Origin: Acanthaster planci
Taxonomy: Eukaryota
Reading direction: 5' to 3'
Assembly (NCBI RefSeq): GCF_001949145.1
Contig: NW_019091359.1
Coordinates: forward strand, 3,832,460 to 3,896,459
Length of the DNA stretch: 64,000 nucleotides
A program made the translations under genes and the position numbers. Of this stretch, positions 11,898-26,284 are shown piece by piece (the stretch's first letter is position 1; every line of letters begins with the position of its first letter). The notes below the pieces were generated by a model. That model was not told the DNA's origin, ran no database searches, and was given only the letters and a program-made list of their open reading frames with translations.

Positions 11898-14019
11898 GCT
11901 GACGCACAGCTACTCTATTGGCACTCTGAAAAATGTGCAATGGATGGTGTAAGAATTCAATATATCAGAAATATTTTTTGCCTTTTCTCTTTTGCTTCAA
12001 ACACTTGAAAGTTCTTTTACATTTAAAATAGTGCCCTGCCTCTGCTCAGCACAAGTCATGATACCTTACTATAAACTTTGAAAGCAGAATGCCACCACAT
12101 GTCAAAGCTGGCAAAGGTATGCAAAGACGTCATATCACACTTTACAGTCTTTATACCCAACCCTCCCCAAAGATTACCCACAACAAAGTAAAATTTTAGC
12201 TAGCTATGAATCACACTGTCAGAAAGGCACACTCTATAGACCCCCCCAACTAGAGAGTTGGGAATTATTATTCTATGGTCCATGGTCATGTCCACCAATG
12301 ATTCAAATTTCCATTCCACGGGACTGAAATATGACTGTGGAATGAGGGTCCTCACCATTAGTGCATTGCTGGCATAGCTTACTGCCTGGGACTTGTTGAT
12401 ACGTGACCAGCATGCAGGTTAGAGTATACTAGTATGTCACTGGGTAACTACAGCTTTACTATCACAACACCAATTTGTTACAAATATTTACAATGGGAAT
12501 CCTTTTACTTCCACTCTTAACCCTAACCCCTAGGGTATATGTAAAATCAGTATTGAAATTGGAGGATTTGGGACTGTTAAGATTATGTAGCACTTCATAA
12601 ATTTATTCCTAATCTGCACGGATTCTTGCTTAAGATAGACTGAATAAAATACTTTTTTTTGACATATGCATTTTTAGTTTTTCTACACACTGGATAAAAC
12701 CCATGCAAATTCTCTCAGCAAATGCAACGAACAGAACTTGAACAGAGAACTTTCTGCTCTGAAAACCCTACAAATAAATTACTACTGCTGGCTGAATTCC
12801 TTCAAATGTCTGCTTTTATGCACATATTCAATTGCAACCAGCCAAGTAACACTAGGAAACTTAACTGGTCAAATAGTAAGACATCTGCTGTTACAGTAAA
12901 ATAGGAGGTTGTCAATCAAGTCTCACCTAAGGTGGCTAGTGAGGGCATGAAACTGAGATACATCTTTCAATGAAACGGTTCTTTCGAAAATGTTTTCCAA
13001 AAGTATTTGATTGCACAAATACAATGTATAGTACATGTACATGTAGACATTCTGTGATTTTTGTCCAATGCTCAATTAGGCCCCACAGGCTACAGTGTGT
13101 CCCCCCTAAAAGAAATGTACACATACAGTACAGTTAGTACAGTACAGAGAATGCCAGAGTTAATCTCACAATTTGCTGCAATTTTCATTTTTTCATTTCT
13201 TTCGAAATAAAAATAAGTTGAAAAAAGTTGTTGGCCTAAATGAAGGGATCTCCACTGATTCCATTTTAGCTATGTTAAAAAAGTAAGCAAGACAAATACT
13301 GTAATACAGAAATCAACTGGTCTTCTCGTATGCAACCAGTGTACATACATGCTACATGTACATGTACTGTACATATATGCTACATGTACATCTGTACTGT
13401 ACATGTACATGTACATGTGTATACATGTACTGTACACTTAAGTTGCTAGTAGGCCAGTGTGCAGGCATCAGGGGAATACAGCAATGAAGAAAGATGTGCA
13501 TGGGACTGGAAGCTGTATCATGTACAGGTATCTTATCATCAACCACAAGGAATTCTTATACATGTACATGTACCTTTGCTTATCTCCTTATTGATATTAC
13601 ATTAAACATGCCACTCCACTTCTTCAAACAAAGATATCACACAAATATTTTAAGCTTGTGGGCCAAATATTTAGTCTTCAATTAAACAAGATAGTGGAAA
13701 CTTGGAAGGCCATCATACACGGGTAGATTCCTGACAAACACTACAGACGGAACAACTATCAAATGGAGATACAAATGGTTTATCAAGAACAGTTATCTTG
13801 TATGACTCTACGATACGAGCGAGAACACACCATCATCTTTGGTGTGATTCCAGGAGTACCATGTGATGTTCCTCCTACCGGTATTAAACCAACTTTCCTT
13901 TACCTTTTAAACACTTGCAGTTTAGTTCTCAATGTAAAATTATACATCATCAATGTAATCCACCCTACACAATGTAGATGAGCACTACTTAACAGTACCA
14001 TCCCAAAATAAATACTAAC

Positions 14020-14233
14020 GTTTGTGTTCCTGTACACCTTGTAGATACTGCTGCTGCTGTATCATCCATCATAGTTGCTGCAGCTGACCTGTTGCCAACA
14101 TTGTGAAGGTCATCAAACCTCAGAACTTGTGAGAGTTCTCTTCTCTCTGTGCTGCGTCTTTGTCTGTTGATGCGGGATGGTAGCTCCTTGGAGACTTCTG
14201 ACCTAAGATCTTCTGAATGTAGTGCTGCATTAC
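14020..14233 (-). CDS. VGLL4: VGLL4 coding exon 2 (predicted; donor position ambiguous)
   Basis: A pyrimidine-rich acceptor (tttctactctcag|) opens a hydrophilic frame NAALHSEDLRSEVSKELPSRINRQRRSTERREL.... Phase-1 entry and phase-2 exit (AC|GTTAGT) exactly bridge exons 1 and 3. Confidence 0.7.
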
Positions 14234-14425
14234 CTGAGAGTAGAAACAGACATGTAAGAGCAGATAAGACAAACCACAGAGCAAAGATGGACAAACTGGT
14301 GAAGATTGCACAAAATGAGTCTCGCGGGTGTTTTCCACTTGGAACTTTCGGATTAAGAGCATAGTTTCAAGAGCAATCACAGTGTGATAAAAAGCAACTC
14401 TTTGTGCACTTGACCAAATTGTAAC

Positions 14426-14484
14426 TTAACCCTAACCCTCCTCAGTCCTCCAACAGGTGAAGGATTAAGGAGTGTTAGGGTTAA
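14426..14484. mobile_element. piggyBac-like miniature palindromic element (51 bp) flanked by TTAA
   Basis: Structure is TTAA|CCCTAACCCTCCTCAGTCCT...AGGATTAAGGAGTGTTAGGG|TTAA. The arms are 22/25 complementary; CCCT ends and a TTAA TSD are piggyBac hallmarks. Confidence 0.6.
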
Positions 14485-14684
14485 GCCACCTTGGTTACTT
14501 TTTATTCAGTGGAAATTGTGTTTCACAATTCTCAAATCTACACCTCTGCCTTTTCTAGAAAGCTATGGACTGATAGAGGCATAGTAACAATGGGCATATT
14601 CATCAAGACCAACGATCATCAGGTCCATCTTCTCACTATAGACCCTTTGCACACATACTGTACATGTACATGTACATGTACATG

Positions 14685-15071
14685 TACAGTACATTGAAAT
14701 TGAAAGTTGCAGTAACCTAAGAAGGGGAAATTCGTGACACTTTTTCTCTACCCAGGGAATTTATTTTCATTTCATAAAATGTGAAAACCTTTCCCAAAAT
14801 GGTACAAGATTGTCACAGATCTTTACCCAAGTGTGAAAAGATTTTCACAGTTTTTCCAAAAGTGGGCAACATTTTCATAGATTTTTCCACAAGAGGGAAA
14901 GATTTTTCCAAGCTGAGAAAAGAATTTCCATAGATTTTTACACAGGTATGGAAGGATTTTCACACATTTTCTTGGATGTTGGAAATCATGTGAGAATGTA
15001 AAAGGGACTTTTTCCCCATAAAATTTCCCACTCTACTTCCCAGTGTTAACTTTCAACTGCATTGTACTGTA
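14685..15071. mobile_element. TA-flanked MITE with ~24-bp TIRs and internal ~30-bp degenerate tandem repeats
   Basis: TACAGTACATTGAAATTGAAAGTT matches the reverse complement of AACTTTCAACTGCATTGTACTGTA at 21/24. Internal repeats resemble GGGAAAGATTTTCACAGATTTTTCCCAA. Confidence 0.65.
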
Positions 15072-16181
15072 GGTCTACATCTGTACAGGTACATTCCTGG
15101 TACCTGTATAGCAAAAACTATTGAAGGTAGTGACCTTCAATAACCCACAAATCTTCATCTTAATGACTAAACACTCACAATTATTTGAGATATCAGTACA
15201 TGTACACTGATCTTTTAGCCCCTGTAAAGGTTTTCAAAGTCAATTGTTTTATCTGTGTCCACATGGAGCATTCCACTCTGAACTGTGCAGACCTGCCATA
15301 TACAAATCCTGCCTGCACAAATGTATTTTATTAGGGGCCATCCAAAGTTTTCAACATTTTCACAGTAGTACACAGAGCACTACTTTTCAGCACCCCCAAA
15401 ATAGTACTTACATGTACATGTATCAATATTTTTCCAGATCTTGAAATACTGATGATGTCCCCTAGGCATAACATTGCTGGAAAGTACCACAACCCATAAC
15501 CATATACATATACATGTAGGTGCACTTTTGAAAACCTTTATGTACTAAAAATTATAAGGTCAAATATGTAAAAAAAAAATATTTGAACATATTATTTAAT
15601 GTTTTTCTCATTCATGTTTAATCATCAATTGCAGAGTGAAAATTCTGAAATCTAAAGATGTTTAATAAGCAAATGTGTCAGTTTCACCATGGAGGTTTTT
15701 CCTTCCTCTATGGTTTCACTTAAAGGAACCAGGAATTTGAAATATTTAAACATGCAACCTGAACTACATGTATGTCTTCCTGGATTTACATCAAAGCAAA
15801 AGCGCCCTCATTTGTCCAGGAATGCTTGGTCAATTTTCAATGTTTGAAAAAGTGCACTGTTCAGTTCACGTTAACTCAAAAAAGATGTCAAACAGTCTTC
15901 ACACATGGGAGAAGAGTACAGAGATACACAAAAAGTGATTCTAAGAAAAATTCATTTCCTGGATCCTTTAAAGAAAAGTAATGTAGAAATGGGTTTCTTA
16001 AAAATTCAACTGACTAGTTTTATTGAAATGGTTGAAGACTAATGTACAGGTACTAAAAATTACTACAGGTAGAAAAATTACACTCCAATCATATCTGGCA
16101 ATAAATAAATCAAATCAAATCTAAATAAAATTATGTTGTTAAACGGGAACGACGTGTCACAATGTCAAAGGTTATATAGTC

Positions 16182-16539
16182 GGCCGTTTTCCAATACTCT
16201 TCTTCGTCTACGTTTGAGGCTTCATATCCAAAATCAAGCCACAATTGTGGGCCTGAAGTGTTGAAATAAAGTCAAAGTAATGTAAGGTTTGACTCTTGAA
16301 TCTTATTTACTGTTTTGTGGCACTATCAAACTTATTAATGTGCTTACAATTCCAAATCATATGGGATTTCAAGCTATTCATGGTGACAGACAACTAAGGT
16401 GGAAAGCTTGCGGTAGCACCATGCAAGGATACGATCTCTATGTGAGTCTGTATGGTTCTGAAAAGAACCGTGAGGAAATCATATAGGAAAAATAGTTGAA
16501 GCCTCATACGGTTCCAGAGTCAAGTATTTGAAAACGGCC
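16182..16539. mobile_element. MITE with 43-bp imperfect TIRs starting GGCCGTTTTC
   Basis: 16182-16224 vs the reverse complement of 16497-16539: 32/43 ungapped identity (GGCCGTTTTC.AATACT...CGT.TGAGGCTTCA). Confidence 0.65.
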
Positions 16540-19500
16540 TGTACTGCTGGCTTGTCACGCTGTGTGTACTGAGCTGAGAGACATGATCGTGCTGATTGGC
16601 TGGGCTCGTGTAGGTACACTACATGTATGTGCATTGTATGTAGAACTCCATGGTTGAATCACCAGGCTGCAGTGGGCGGTGGTGCGGGTGGCCATGGGCA
16701 CGATGCATGCAAACCTTCCGGATTTTACTCTCCATCAGAGCCAGCTTTCAGCACGCAATTAGTGATTATGTAAATGCTACATTGTATCTTTTTCTTGAAT
16801 TTTCATATTTTAGATTTGAATCAGAATACTTCTGAAAAATCAACATTTTAGAGGATCCAAAATGTGGTATACAGCCCACAAACCCCTTTGTATGCTTTGT
16901 AAATTGTACGACTGTGAAATTGTTGAAATCTTTGGATGGCCCTTTATCTTGAACCACAGAAATCCTACAGGCTCTACACCTAAAACATGACTCATCCTAT
17001 AATTCTTTTGTTTTGATAGTTTCAGACAGGCTGTTTTTAGTTGAATGGTCACAGGGGATCACTCCACTATGAGGCAATTGGAAAATAATACCTTGATGAA
17101 CTATGTTTGAACTTCAAGTCTCCTCTCTAATGTAGCTCAGACACTGATTAAACTTCAACCTACATATTTCAAATGACATTAAGATGAGCTGGATTCAAGC
17201 CAAAGAAACTGCATCAGAAACACAGAACTGCATTTTAAAGGCAACATGTCACGTTCGTAGATTACTTTGGGTGATTACATGCAATAAACATTTCTATACA
17301 GTCAAATATCCTCAAGAAACCTCTTGGTCTGACATGCTTCTGAAGTTATTCTTCAATGGAAACTGCAATATTTGCATACATTTTTATCAATGTTTCAAAA
17401 CTAGAAACATCCTAAACATTAAAAACTACATGACATTTAGAATTCTTAATGGGTGATGAACAAAAGTGTGGATGTTAAAATCCCTCCCACTTTGATTGCA
17501 GAATTACCAGTACATGTACATGCATCGGCTTTTAAAATCCATGCACAAGCACATAACTATACACGTATACATGTACACATACATGTATATAAACCAATAT
17601 CATGTCATCTGATGGTGGAAGGCATTTTTTATCTGATTAGCAATTCAAACAACCACATGGCTTGACAATGTACTTGAGCATACTCAACAAGAACAGGAAG
17701 AAAACAGAAATCCACCCAAACAAATCACACTTTGTTGCAAAAATTACAGACTTTTAAAAACATTTTATCATATTGATTTAGTATTGGTTAGCAACATGTT
17801 TACGACGAATTACATCCTTGTTGATGATTTGGACATGTGCCATGCTTGTATATACATATAGTTAACCTGTTTGGTTTCCAAGTTGTAATATCTAATCCAG
17901 TCCATAGCCCATACAGTGTTTGTGACAGGGGACAATCCGGAGAAGGAGAACTAGTCTCAGGCAATTTCCCACGCTGTGGCAAGCATAGTCCTGCTATGCT
18001 TGCTATGCAGAGTATGATGGCTTAACATGCTCAAGGATTGATTTGATTGGGGAGACCACTCCTTCCACTGAAGACCAAGTGTTTGGCAGCTGGTCAGACC
18101 ACTTGAGGCATGGTATGCATTGCATGCACACCTCTCTCCCTCTCCAGGGCTGGAAAATTCTCAGCAGGATTTTTTTGGGACACTATGGGGATTTAGGCAA
18201 GATAGTCTGAAACTTCTGAACACCCTCCCACAACTCTGTGCTTTAAGAAGTCGTCATCACAGACTCTCTCTGCTTGTACATGAGACGGAACTTCACAAGG
18301 CATTCAGTGATTCAAAGCAGCTTGTTAGCTACTGGTAACTGAGAATAAAGCTACATTATATGTACACTGAGAGACACTGGAAAAATGACATTAGTCATTC
18401 AGTGGAAATGCATTACATGTATGTACATGTATGCTTATTATTCGACAGTTCACCAGACAATGAGAAAACACATCACTTAAAGTTTGTTCAGTCCATCTGC
18501 TGCAAACTGAAGGATATCCAAATCATACAGCAAATGTTTACAGACAAAACTGATCATGGTTTACATGTACACGAAGAGATTCACACAGACCTACATGTAC
18601 ATGTACCATAGCATGCCTTAAGGGCATTACTACACCATTGGTGACCTGCAAAATCTTAAAAACAAGACTGTGAATCTTTCCATCTCACACTACACTGTTA
18701 CCTGGTACTTAACGGTATGATTTCGACAAAAAGAGACTTTGCAGTGTACTTTTTCTGACAATCATACAATCATTGGAAAATACAGTTTGATGTAAACAAC
18801 AGTTTACATCAAAAATTCTATTTTCACATACATGTACATGTAGTACAATGTCAAACCTGTATGTACATGTACATACATGTACATGTAGCACGCAGTACAT
18901 TGCAACATTTGCACTTGTACATGCCAATGGGCAATGAACATGTTCTGTACATGTACATTTACAGTACATGTGGGTGTGGTTCGTATGCAGCTGTTGCAGG
19001 AGTCTACAGGTCCATGTACATGTACGGTAGCTACCGGTATGAACAGGTACTTGTAACAATAAATGCTGCTACATGTAACATGCCTTTTAATTGTAATGTT
19101 CATACTTAGACGCACATACTTGTATGTACACCCAAACACACTAAGAAAATTGATAGGCTAAAGGAGAATTTGGATTGGTTTGAAATGAATTTTTTTTTCT
19201 AAGAGGCAGTTTACCTCAGGCAAAAATATCACCATCACACTATTTGGTATGGTTCAAAGTGAGCTACATGTAGCAGCACTGGACAACATGGCTCCTCCTT
19301 TTACAGCTCTGTGGCAAAGCCTGTATTCTTGAACAGAACAGGCAATTTTTAGTCATTCAACCTCACATTTTTCCAATCACAACAACTTTTTCACCCATCA
19401 TGCAAAGACAGGTACCACATTTGTCAATTTATGTACATGTACATAGCGATAAGTGTTCATGTTGTGCATTGATGTTTTTGGACAGTTTTTGACCAACGTG

Positions 19501-22500
19501 CATGTTACAGTACCGGTATGGTCATGCATGCATGCTGCCATGATGCAATGACTGAAGTCACTTTACTGCGCGATGAAGTTACATGTATGTTTATTTGATG
19601 AGTCCACAGCGTTCATAGTTGAAGGATGAGACAAACTCATATGGTAAATTTGCTGACCACTACTCCAAGCTGTGAAAAACTGCATTTTGGGGGGGGTTCT
19701 TTGATCTACAGATCAACCTGCATGATCCACACTATTAACTATAAATTATACCAAATAGCTTGTTTAACTACTCATCCAAGCTGTTGGACTTTCCAAACAT
19801 CAAAAAGGGAACAATTTTAGGGAGAAAACAAATTTGGAAATGAATAATCCAACATGTACATGTATTACTGTTCTTCATCTGAAACACACCTTCCCTGTAC
19901 CAAATATGTTAAAAATGTCTTCTACATATTGCATGCTGGGGCCACAAAACCAATTTTCAATGAGTCAAATTATCATGCTATGAATTACTTCCTCCTCTGA
20001 CAGGTGGCCCTTGAAATAAATCCCAGGCATTTTGGTTGGACCATTGAACAAAGAACAACCTGCTGAGATGGGATGCTGTGCAATATTTCCTGAGTCCTCA
20101 GAGCTCAAGTGTGTGCTGCTTCGTGAAAAAAAGAAGAGATAACGAGCTGGGAAACGGTGAATAAAATAAGTCATTGCTTGGCTCTTTCCCAGCGAACACA
20201 AAGAAGGTAAAGCCTAGCTTCCATACATACATGTATGTAGAGAGCATTGCCGATCAGTCCCAACAATACATAATCATATGGAACACTTTATCATGACGAG
20301 CCACAAAGACGCAGGCAGTCGGTAAAGTTGGATCAGGTTCAACTTTGCTGACTCTGCACTGCAGTCACCAGAAAAGGCCCATATGTACTGTACATGCACA
20401 CTGGCATGATGCATGACGGGCAAACAACGATGTCCTTCTCACTCATTTTGCCAATTTTCAATGAAATAGGTGACCATAAACAAAATAGACCTACCGGTAC
20501 ATCTTCTCTTTTGAGAAGAATGCACCCACGGATTTATGTATGGTACAATGTACATACAAAATAAAGTGTACCAGTCGTCTACACTGCAGCATCTCAGTTC
20601 CAGAAAATTCACAGCAACAGTTCATTCTCTGCTTCTCTCGATCATGTCTGAGTTAAAATATGGATACTGGACTACACTCCAATAAACATAGGATTTCAGT
20701 GTCCTGGACCTGTAGGCTCACACACCAAAGACGCGTGTAATTTAATCTGCTAATTGAAAAGTCATCATTCTTACCCCCAGAACTGTGGGATCCATCATCC
20801 ACTAAGGGGAGTGGGGTGGACATCGGACCCCACAGTTCTGAGGGTACATTATTTGTGATCATCCCATACCCAATTAGGCAAAAAAGGCTTCTAAGTACCG
20901 GTAGTTCCCAGAATCATGTGATCTGACATGTCCAAAATGTTATACAATTGGTAATTATACATTGAAATGTACATGTACATAATACAATGCAGCAAACTAC
21001 TGACTATAGTGACCTACACATATGGTACATGTAAATCTTAAATATGGACATGAACATGGGTCTGAAGATTTTGCTTAAGAATAGGGTTGAAACATCAGGC
21101 CCTGCTGCCCTGTAATTCTTTAGATAGGAGCATTTTCTGTGTTAAAACTTACATTGAGAAATTTTCCCCCATCTGAACATGGTCTGAATAACTTGAACCT
21201 ATGTCGATCAAAACACATATACATACATGTATCCAAATGATGATATCACATTTCTTTGTTATCCTACCTTCATAAAATGCCAGCCTCATTGGATCAAAAC
21301 ACGGCAACAGCTGAGTGTAGGTCAGTGTTTCCATCCTCAGACTTTGCAAAAACATCCAAGAACCAATGTTGACAAGATGATTCCAAAGAGTTATTAGCTT
21401 CCAAGGCTAGCCTGAGAATTCTAAACCTGTTATTAACTTGCAAGGAGACAAACTGCTGAATTATCAAGGACAGGCTCCAAAAATCATGTGGCAGCAAATG
21501 ACAAGCCACCCTTCAATTCAACCTCAAGTATGCTCCAAGTACAGTGCACACTTGCCTCACTAACCCATCCAATCTGTGGTCATACAGGTTGTTGATGCAA
21601 TAAAAGCCTCCATTTCCTCCTGGAGCATGCTTCTCCCAACCATGTCCAAACCAACCTAACTACCTTGACCAATCCAGTCTCGGCAAACATACCACCAACC
21701 ATTTGTGCCAGCCAATGATGAGGTCCCTATCAACCCTACTCTGGGGCTTGTTTGGATAACTATGCAAATTGGTATCTGTGGAATGTCAGCTATGTAGCCT
21801 AGGGTGTGTGAGGCATATCAATTAGCCTGGGTTTTCAGTCAACCCTGGGGGAATTTTGTTCATTGCAAGCTGCTGAAGAAATAATGGGAAAAATAATGAA
21901 AAGATTTTTCTAAAAGTGAAACTTGGCTTTGAGGTTGTGATTTCCATTTTTTTGTGTTGTTAGCTAGCTCATTTATAGAGAACCTTACTACATGTACCAG
22001 TACATATCAGCGCAGACCAAGTCCATGTACATAGTACAATAGTATGCATTTCACTATAGTGACAACACATGTTTTGGTCTTACCACAGAGCTTCATTTTA
22101 GCTCTGTAGTACCGTACATGTACATGTACTAGTAGGGGAATTTTCACTGTTGTTCTATGATTGCACCTGCCACCTGGTTTGTGGTAAAGCTTTTTGTGAT
22201 GCATTGTACAGTATACACGTACATGTATACACCCATGTCTACAAGTACCGGTACATGTATGTGTTCATTAATGTTTCTTATAAAGGGTCAATCACAAAAA
22301 TTGTCTGACAGTTACACACACAGCATGTGTGGTGTGTACTCGTACTGTGCAAATAGATTAACATTTGAAGTACATGTACCATCCACTCCCAGCGGGAACA
22401 AAAGAAGGCATGTTTTTAAAAAAACATTAACAGTCCTTTGGTACAACGGTAACTCAGCGCATAGGCGCACAAATTTGGCACGGAGCACGCTGAGTATGTG

Positions 22501-25500
22501 CAATGAATTTGACACAGGTCTTTCTATCACTGGTGAGGGTGCACTTCAACTCAGGGCGGATAAAAGAGTCATATTTCTTTTTATGCTACCCTGATTCTCA
22601 GGGATTATACTGGAATGTACATCTAAATAAATCCCCATCATCTGATTGGTGGATTGTTGATCATGTGGCATGAGTTACTCATCTTAACTGCAGTACACAC
22701 AAGTGGAACATTCCAATCTGCAGGTACATGTACCGGTACATTACATTACCAGTACAAATGGATCAATTAATGCTCCATCCATCCATGGTACAAAATTACA
22801 TTTCAGACCGTATACTGATAGGTAAAGGGATTAGTCATTAACATCACAACGTAAGCATAATTCCATGTAAGCTCCATGATTTTGTAAGGTACTAGATATA
22901 GCTTTTACAGCTCACATATGCCCCTAAAGCCTTCTCTCAATGCCCCCAACCAAACATCGACGAGTCCATTCAGATACAGCTGGCTATCCCTGACTACTGG
23001 TTCATTAAGGGAAAATCTGAGGCCTTCCAAATATTCCATCCTATTTGCACAACATGTGAACATGTACATGTACTGGGACATAAGATGCCATATCATCTAT
23101 CTTATACATGTAGGCTTGTCAGAACTTGGCAGAATGCCACTGTGATGTGAATTGTGACTGAATACATACATGTACGTGTACATTGTACAATGCCGACATG
23201 CAGACAAACTACATTTTTTGTAAGTTTGTCTCTGGCAATGTTTTCTTTATTCAAAATTTTGTCAATTTTTAGTCAATTGATAATATGTTTAAAATGGATA
23301 TTTGCAGATCCTTCTGGCACCATGTACATATTCACGTGTACATGAAAGGTACATGTTATGTTCATATTAGTGAAGCATATTCCCATTCTGATCACCATTG
23401 GGCGGTAGGCACTAGGCAATGACTCAATGTGTGAACCAAACAAACAATATTTTGTTGCTTTACCGGTAGCAAGCTTGGTTTAACACCTTGGAATTAAGTA
23501 CAATAAGAGACAAAAAGAAGGGCCTGACCCTCCCCCAACAACACTCTGGTGTGTTCCTCTCCATGATGCAACATTTGACACAATGTAACACACCAGAAAG
23601 GTAAAGAAAAGAAATATATGTTGTTGAAAAGAACAACTTTCTTGCAGTTAATTACATGTACACATACCGGTACACACAAACATGCACCGTGTTACTAGTC
23701 TTATCAAACCTTTCAGTGGCATGGAAATCAAAAAGTAATCCGCTGTGCCTTCACCTTGGAGACAAATTACATGTATGCTCAGAACCAAATCCAGAATTTT
23801 CAGGTGCATATTTTGGAACAATAAAATACAAACTGTAGATAAGCCTACATATATGTACATGTACTTGGTGAAGCACAAAGTGTATGGTACTTGTATATGT
23901 GGTATAACAAAGAGAAGACTGTGCTATATTCTGGTTAGCTCATAAATCAAGGAGATATCCGCATGCTACATGTAGTTTGTCATGTTTGACTTTCATTTTA
24001 CAATGTATGTCATTCTCAGCCACAGAATGCAAATTGCCTCATTCAAATAGGTGTTCATCATCAGATAAAATGAAAGGGCTACTTGTACAGAGTACAAGTG
24101 CAATTCTACAGTACCGGTGCAACAGAGCAAATTATTCTAACAATACACACAACCACACTTATTTCAACTTAATTTAATTAATTTATTAAATACACACAAA
24201 AATATGCTCATTTACATAATTATAACATACATGTACATGTTCTTGAACAAAAGAACTTGTGACAGCAAATTCATAAATTTGGAACAAGAATTGTCCTGAA
24301 GTGGCCGAGATTCTACACTGTACAGTATCGGGTACCTTGATAATGATATAATCTCTGTGGTTTGTAAATAACAGTACTTTGTACTGTACTTCAACAAAAT
24401 TAAAACATCATGGGATCTACAATGTACCGGTACATGCACTGACATACATGTACATACATGTAGCAACAGTGGCTAAGTGACAGCTTCGTAAGTTGTTTTC
24501 AAGTTCAACAGGCTAAGCACTGCTCAAATGAAAAAGGTACAATGTACGTACAACATATATTTTAATGAAAGAAACTCCAAAGAATGACAGAAATTTGAAT
24601 GTCTTTTTTCTTTCATATATTTTGTCAAAGATGTGTACTACAAAACCTTCAATGCATCATACCAAATAAGACCTTGTCAGAATGAATATAATTCTGTGCA
24701 CCGCTGGCATGTGAGGAATACCCTTCAACTTGTTCCATAAAGGAATGACATCACAATCTCTCAGTTTTAACTGAGGTGGCAGAAGGGAAACTCATATCAC
24801 AACTGTCCAAAGGATAGAAATTTGCTATAAATATGGACTCTTAAGGCAAACTTTGAGTACATGTACATACGCAAATGCTACTTAATTTACAAACACATGC
24901 ACAGAAAGTATACAATTGGAGCTGATTACTGTTGTACATAGCATGTAGTTTTTATCACATTTAAAGGAGAACGTGCTTGTATCAGTACACACATACATGT
25001 AGTCATTTACAGTGTGTGGATTGTTTACTTGTAAATTTCATATCCATGTACATGTACATGAAGGTTGCGGTAGGTAATGAGTGCTACAAATATGAGGTGT
25101 TGTTCACCGCTACAAGGCAGACCAACATTTCAGCCATTATTACAGCACATGTACATGTACTGTGTATCAATGATACACAAAACGAGTAACTTTGCCGAAC
25201 TTGTTACGCTGTTGTATCCCTCTGGAGTGGTTCTAAGAGTTAAGAGACCCCAACTCTATCTACAGGTACCCCGGTACTTACATACATACCCATATACAAT
25301 ACTACCGGTACATGTATGAGCTGTCTCGAGTTGGCCTTCATACACTGGTGCTCCCATCCAGAGTTTAGCAGTCTACAGGCACCATGGGCGGAGTCCTTTG
25401 TCCAGACATTTCATTACATTCCACGGCTACTACAAAATCATCAATGTTTCCCTTGAAATTGCAATATCACTGTCTGAGTCTGAGGAAAAAATCAAACCAG

Positions 25501-25850
25501 ACCTAGGGTTTTTTCTTGTTTGGTGTAATTACATGTAATGAATGCAGTCAGGTACATGTACATGTCACAAGGATTTCATTTCTTTTGGGGATGGGAATGG
25601 ACACCATACAGAGGGAGGAATAAAATGCATGAATTCATTCTGTAACATATTAAAGTTCATAGTTAGCCCCCCCCCTAAAAAAAAGGAATATGCAAGACTT
25701 TTACATAAAGAGAAGATAATGGCTTTGAATAACCAAAACCCTGGCAATGACTTCTGGAATCTCCAAATAACATCCATTTGTCTCTTCATTCATCAAAACT
25801 GCAAGTTCTTAACCCCAACCATTCCAAAGATTCCACACGATTCTTGTACA

Positions 25851-26284
25851 GCTCACATAACTCCCATTCTCAACAAACTACATTGGTTACCCATCAAATA
25901 CAGAATTCAGTTCAAGATCCTCCTTCTCACATTCAAGACACTCCATGGCTCTAGTCCCCTTTATCTTGCAAACATGCTGCAACTCCGCTCTGTCAGGCCG
26001 GGTCTGAGGTCAACAAGTAATACCCTAGTTGTTCCCTGGACTCGGCTGGCCAAGACAGGGCTTTTTCTACAATTGCACCACGCTTATGGAACTCACTCCC
26101 GGATCATCTGAGACAAGAACATGACATCAAGCAATTTCAGCATCATCTCAAAACATTCTTCTTCTCACAAGCTTTTTCACTGTGAATGCACAATTGAGTT
26201 TTTCATTTTTCCACCTAGACAGGCGCCTCTGAATGCTTTGCAGATATAGTGCGCCTTATAAATGCTTTATTATTATTATTATTA
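25851..26284 (+). mobile_element. 5'-truncated L2/CR1-clade non-LTR retrotransposon (ORF2 C-terminus, 3'UTR, (ATT)n tail)
   Basis: Encodes HITPILNKLHWLPIKYRIQFKILLLTFKTLHG, then after a frameshift DRAFSTIAPRLWNSLPDHLR...HLKTFFFSQAF. It ends with an AGGCGC...GCGCCT stem, TATAAAT and an (ATT)n tail, and is flanked by TTGTACA at 25844-25850 and 26285-26291. Confidence 0.93.

Noticed and set aside
12517..12535. Interstitial telomeric (TTAGGG)n
   Set aside because: Only about two units; better explained as a piggyBac-like TTAACCCT end
13989..14294. Signal-peptide-like N-terminus (MSIFALWFVLSALTCLFLLS) suggesting a secreted peptide
   Set aside because: The hydrophobic stretch is the translated polypyrimidine tract before the exon-2 acceptor, and the ORF does not start at a real ATG
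25542..26111. 189-aa ORF as a host gene
   Set aside because: Only the C-terminal part is meaningful, and it is frameshifted LINE ORF2 sequence
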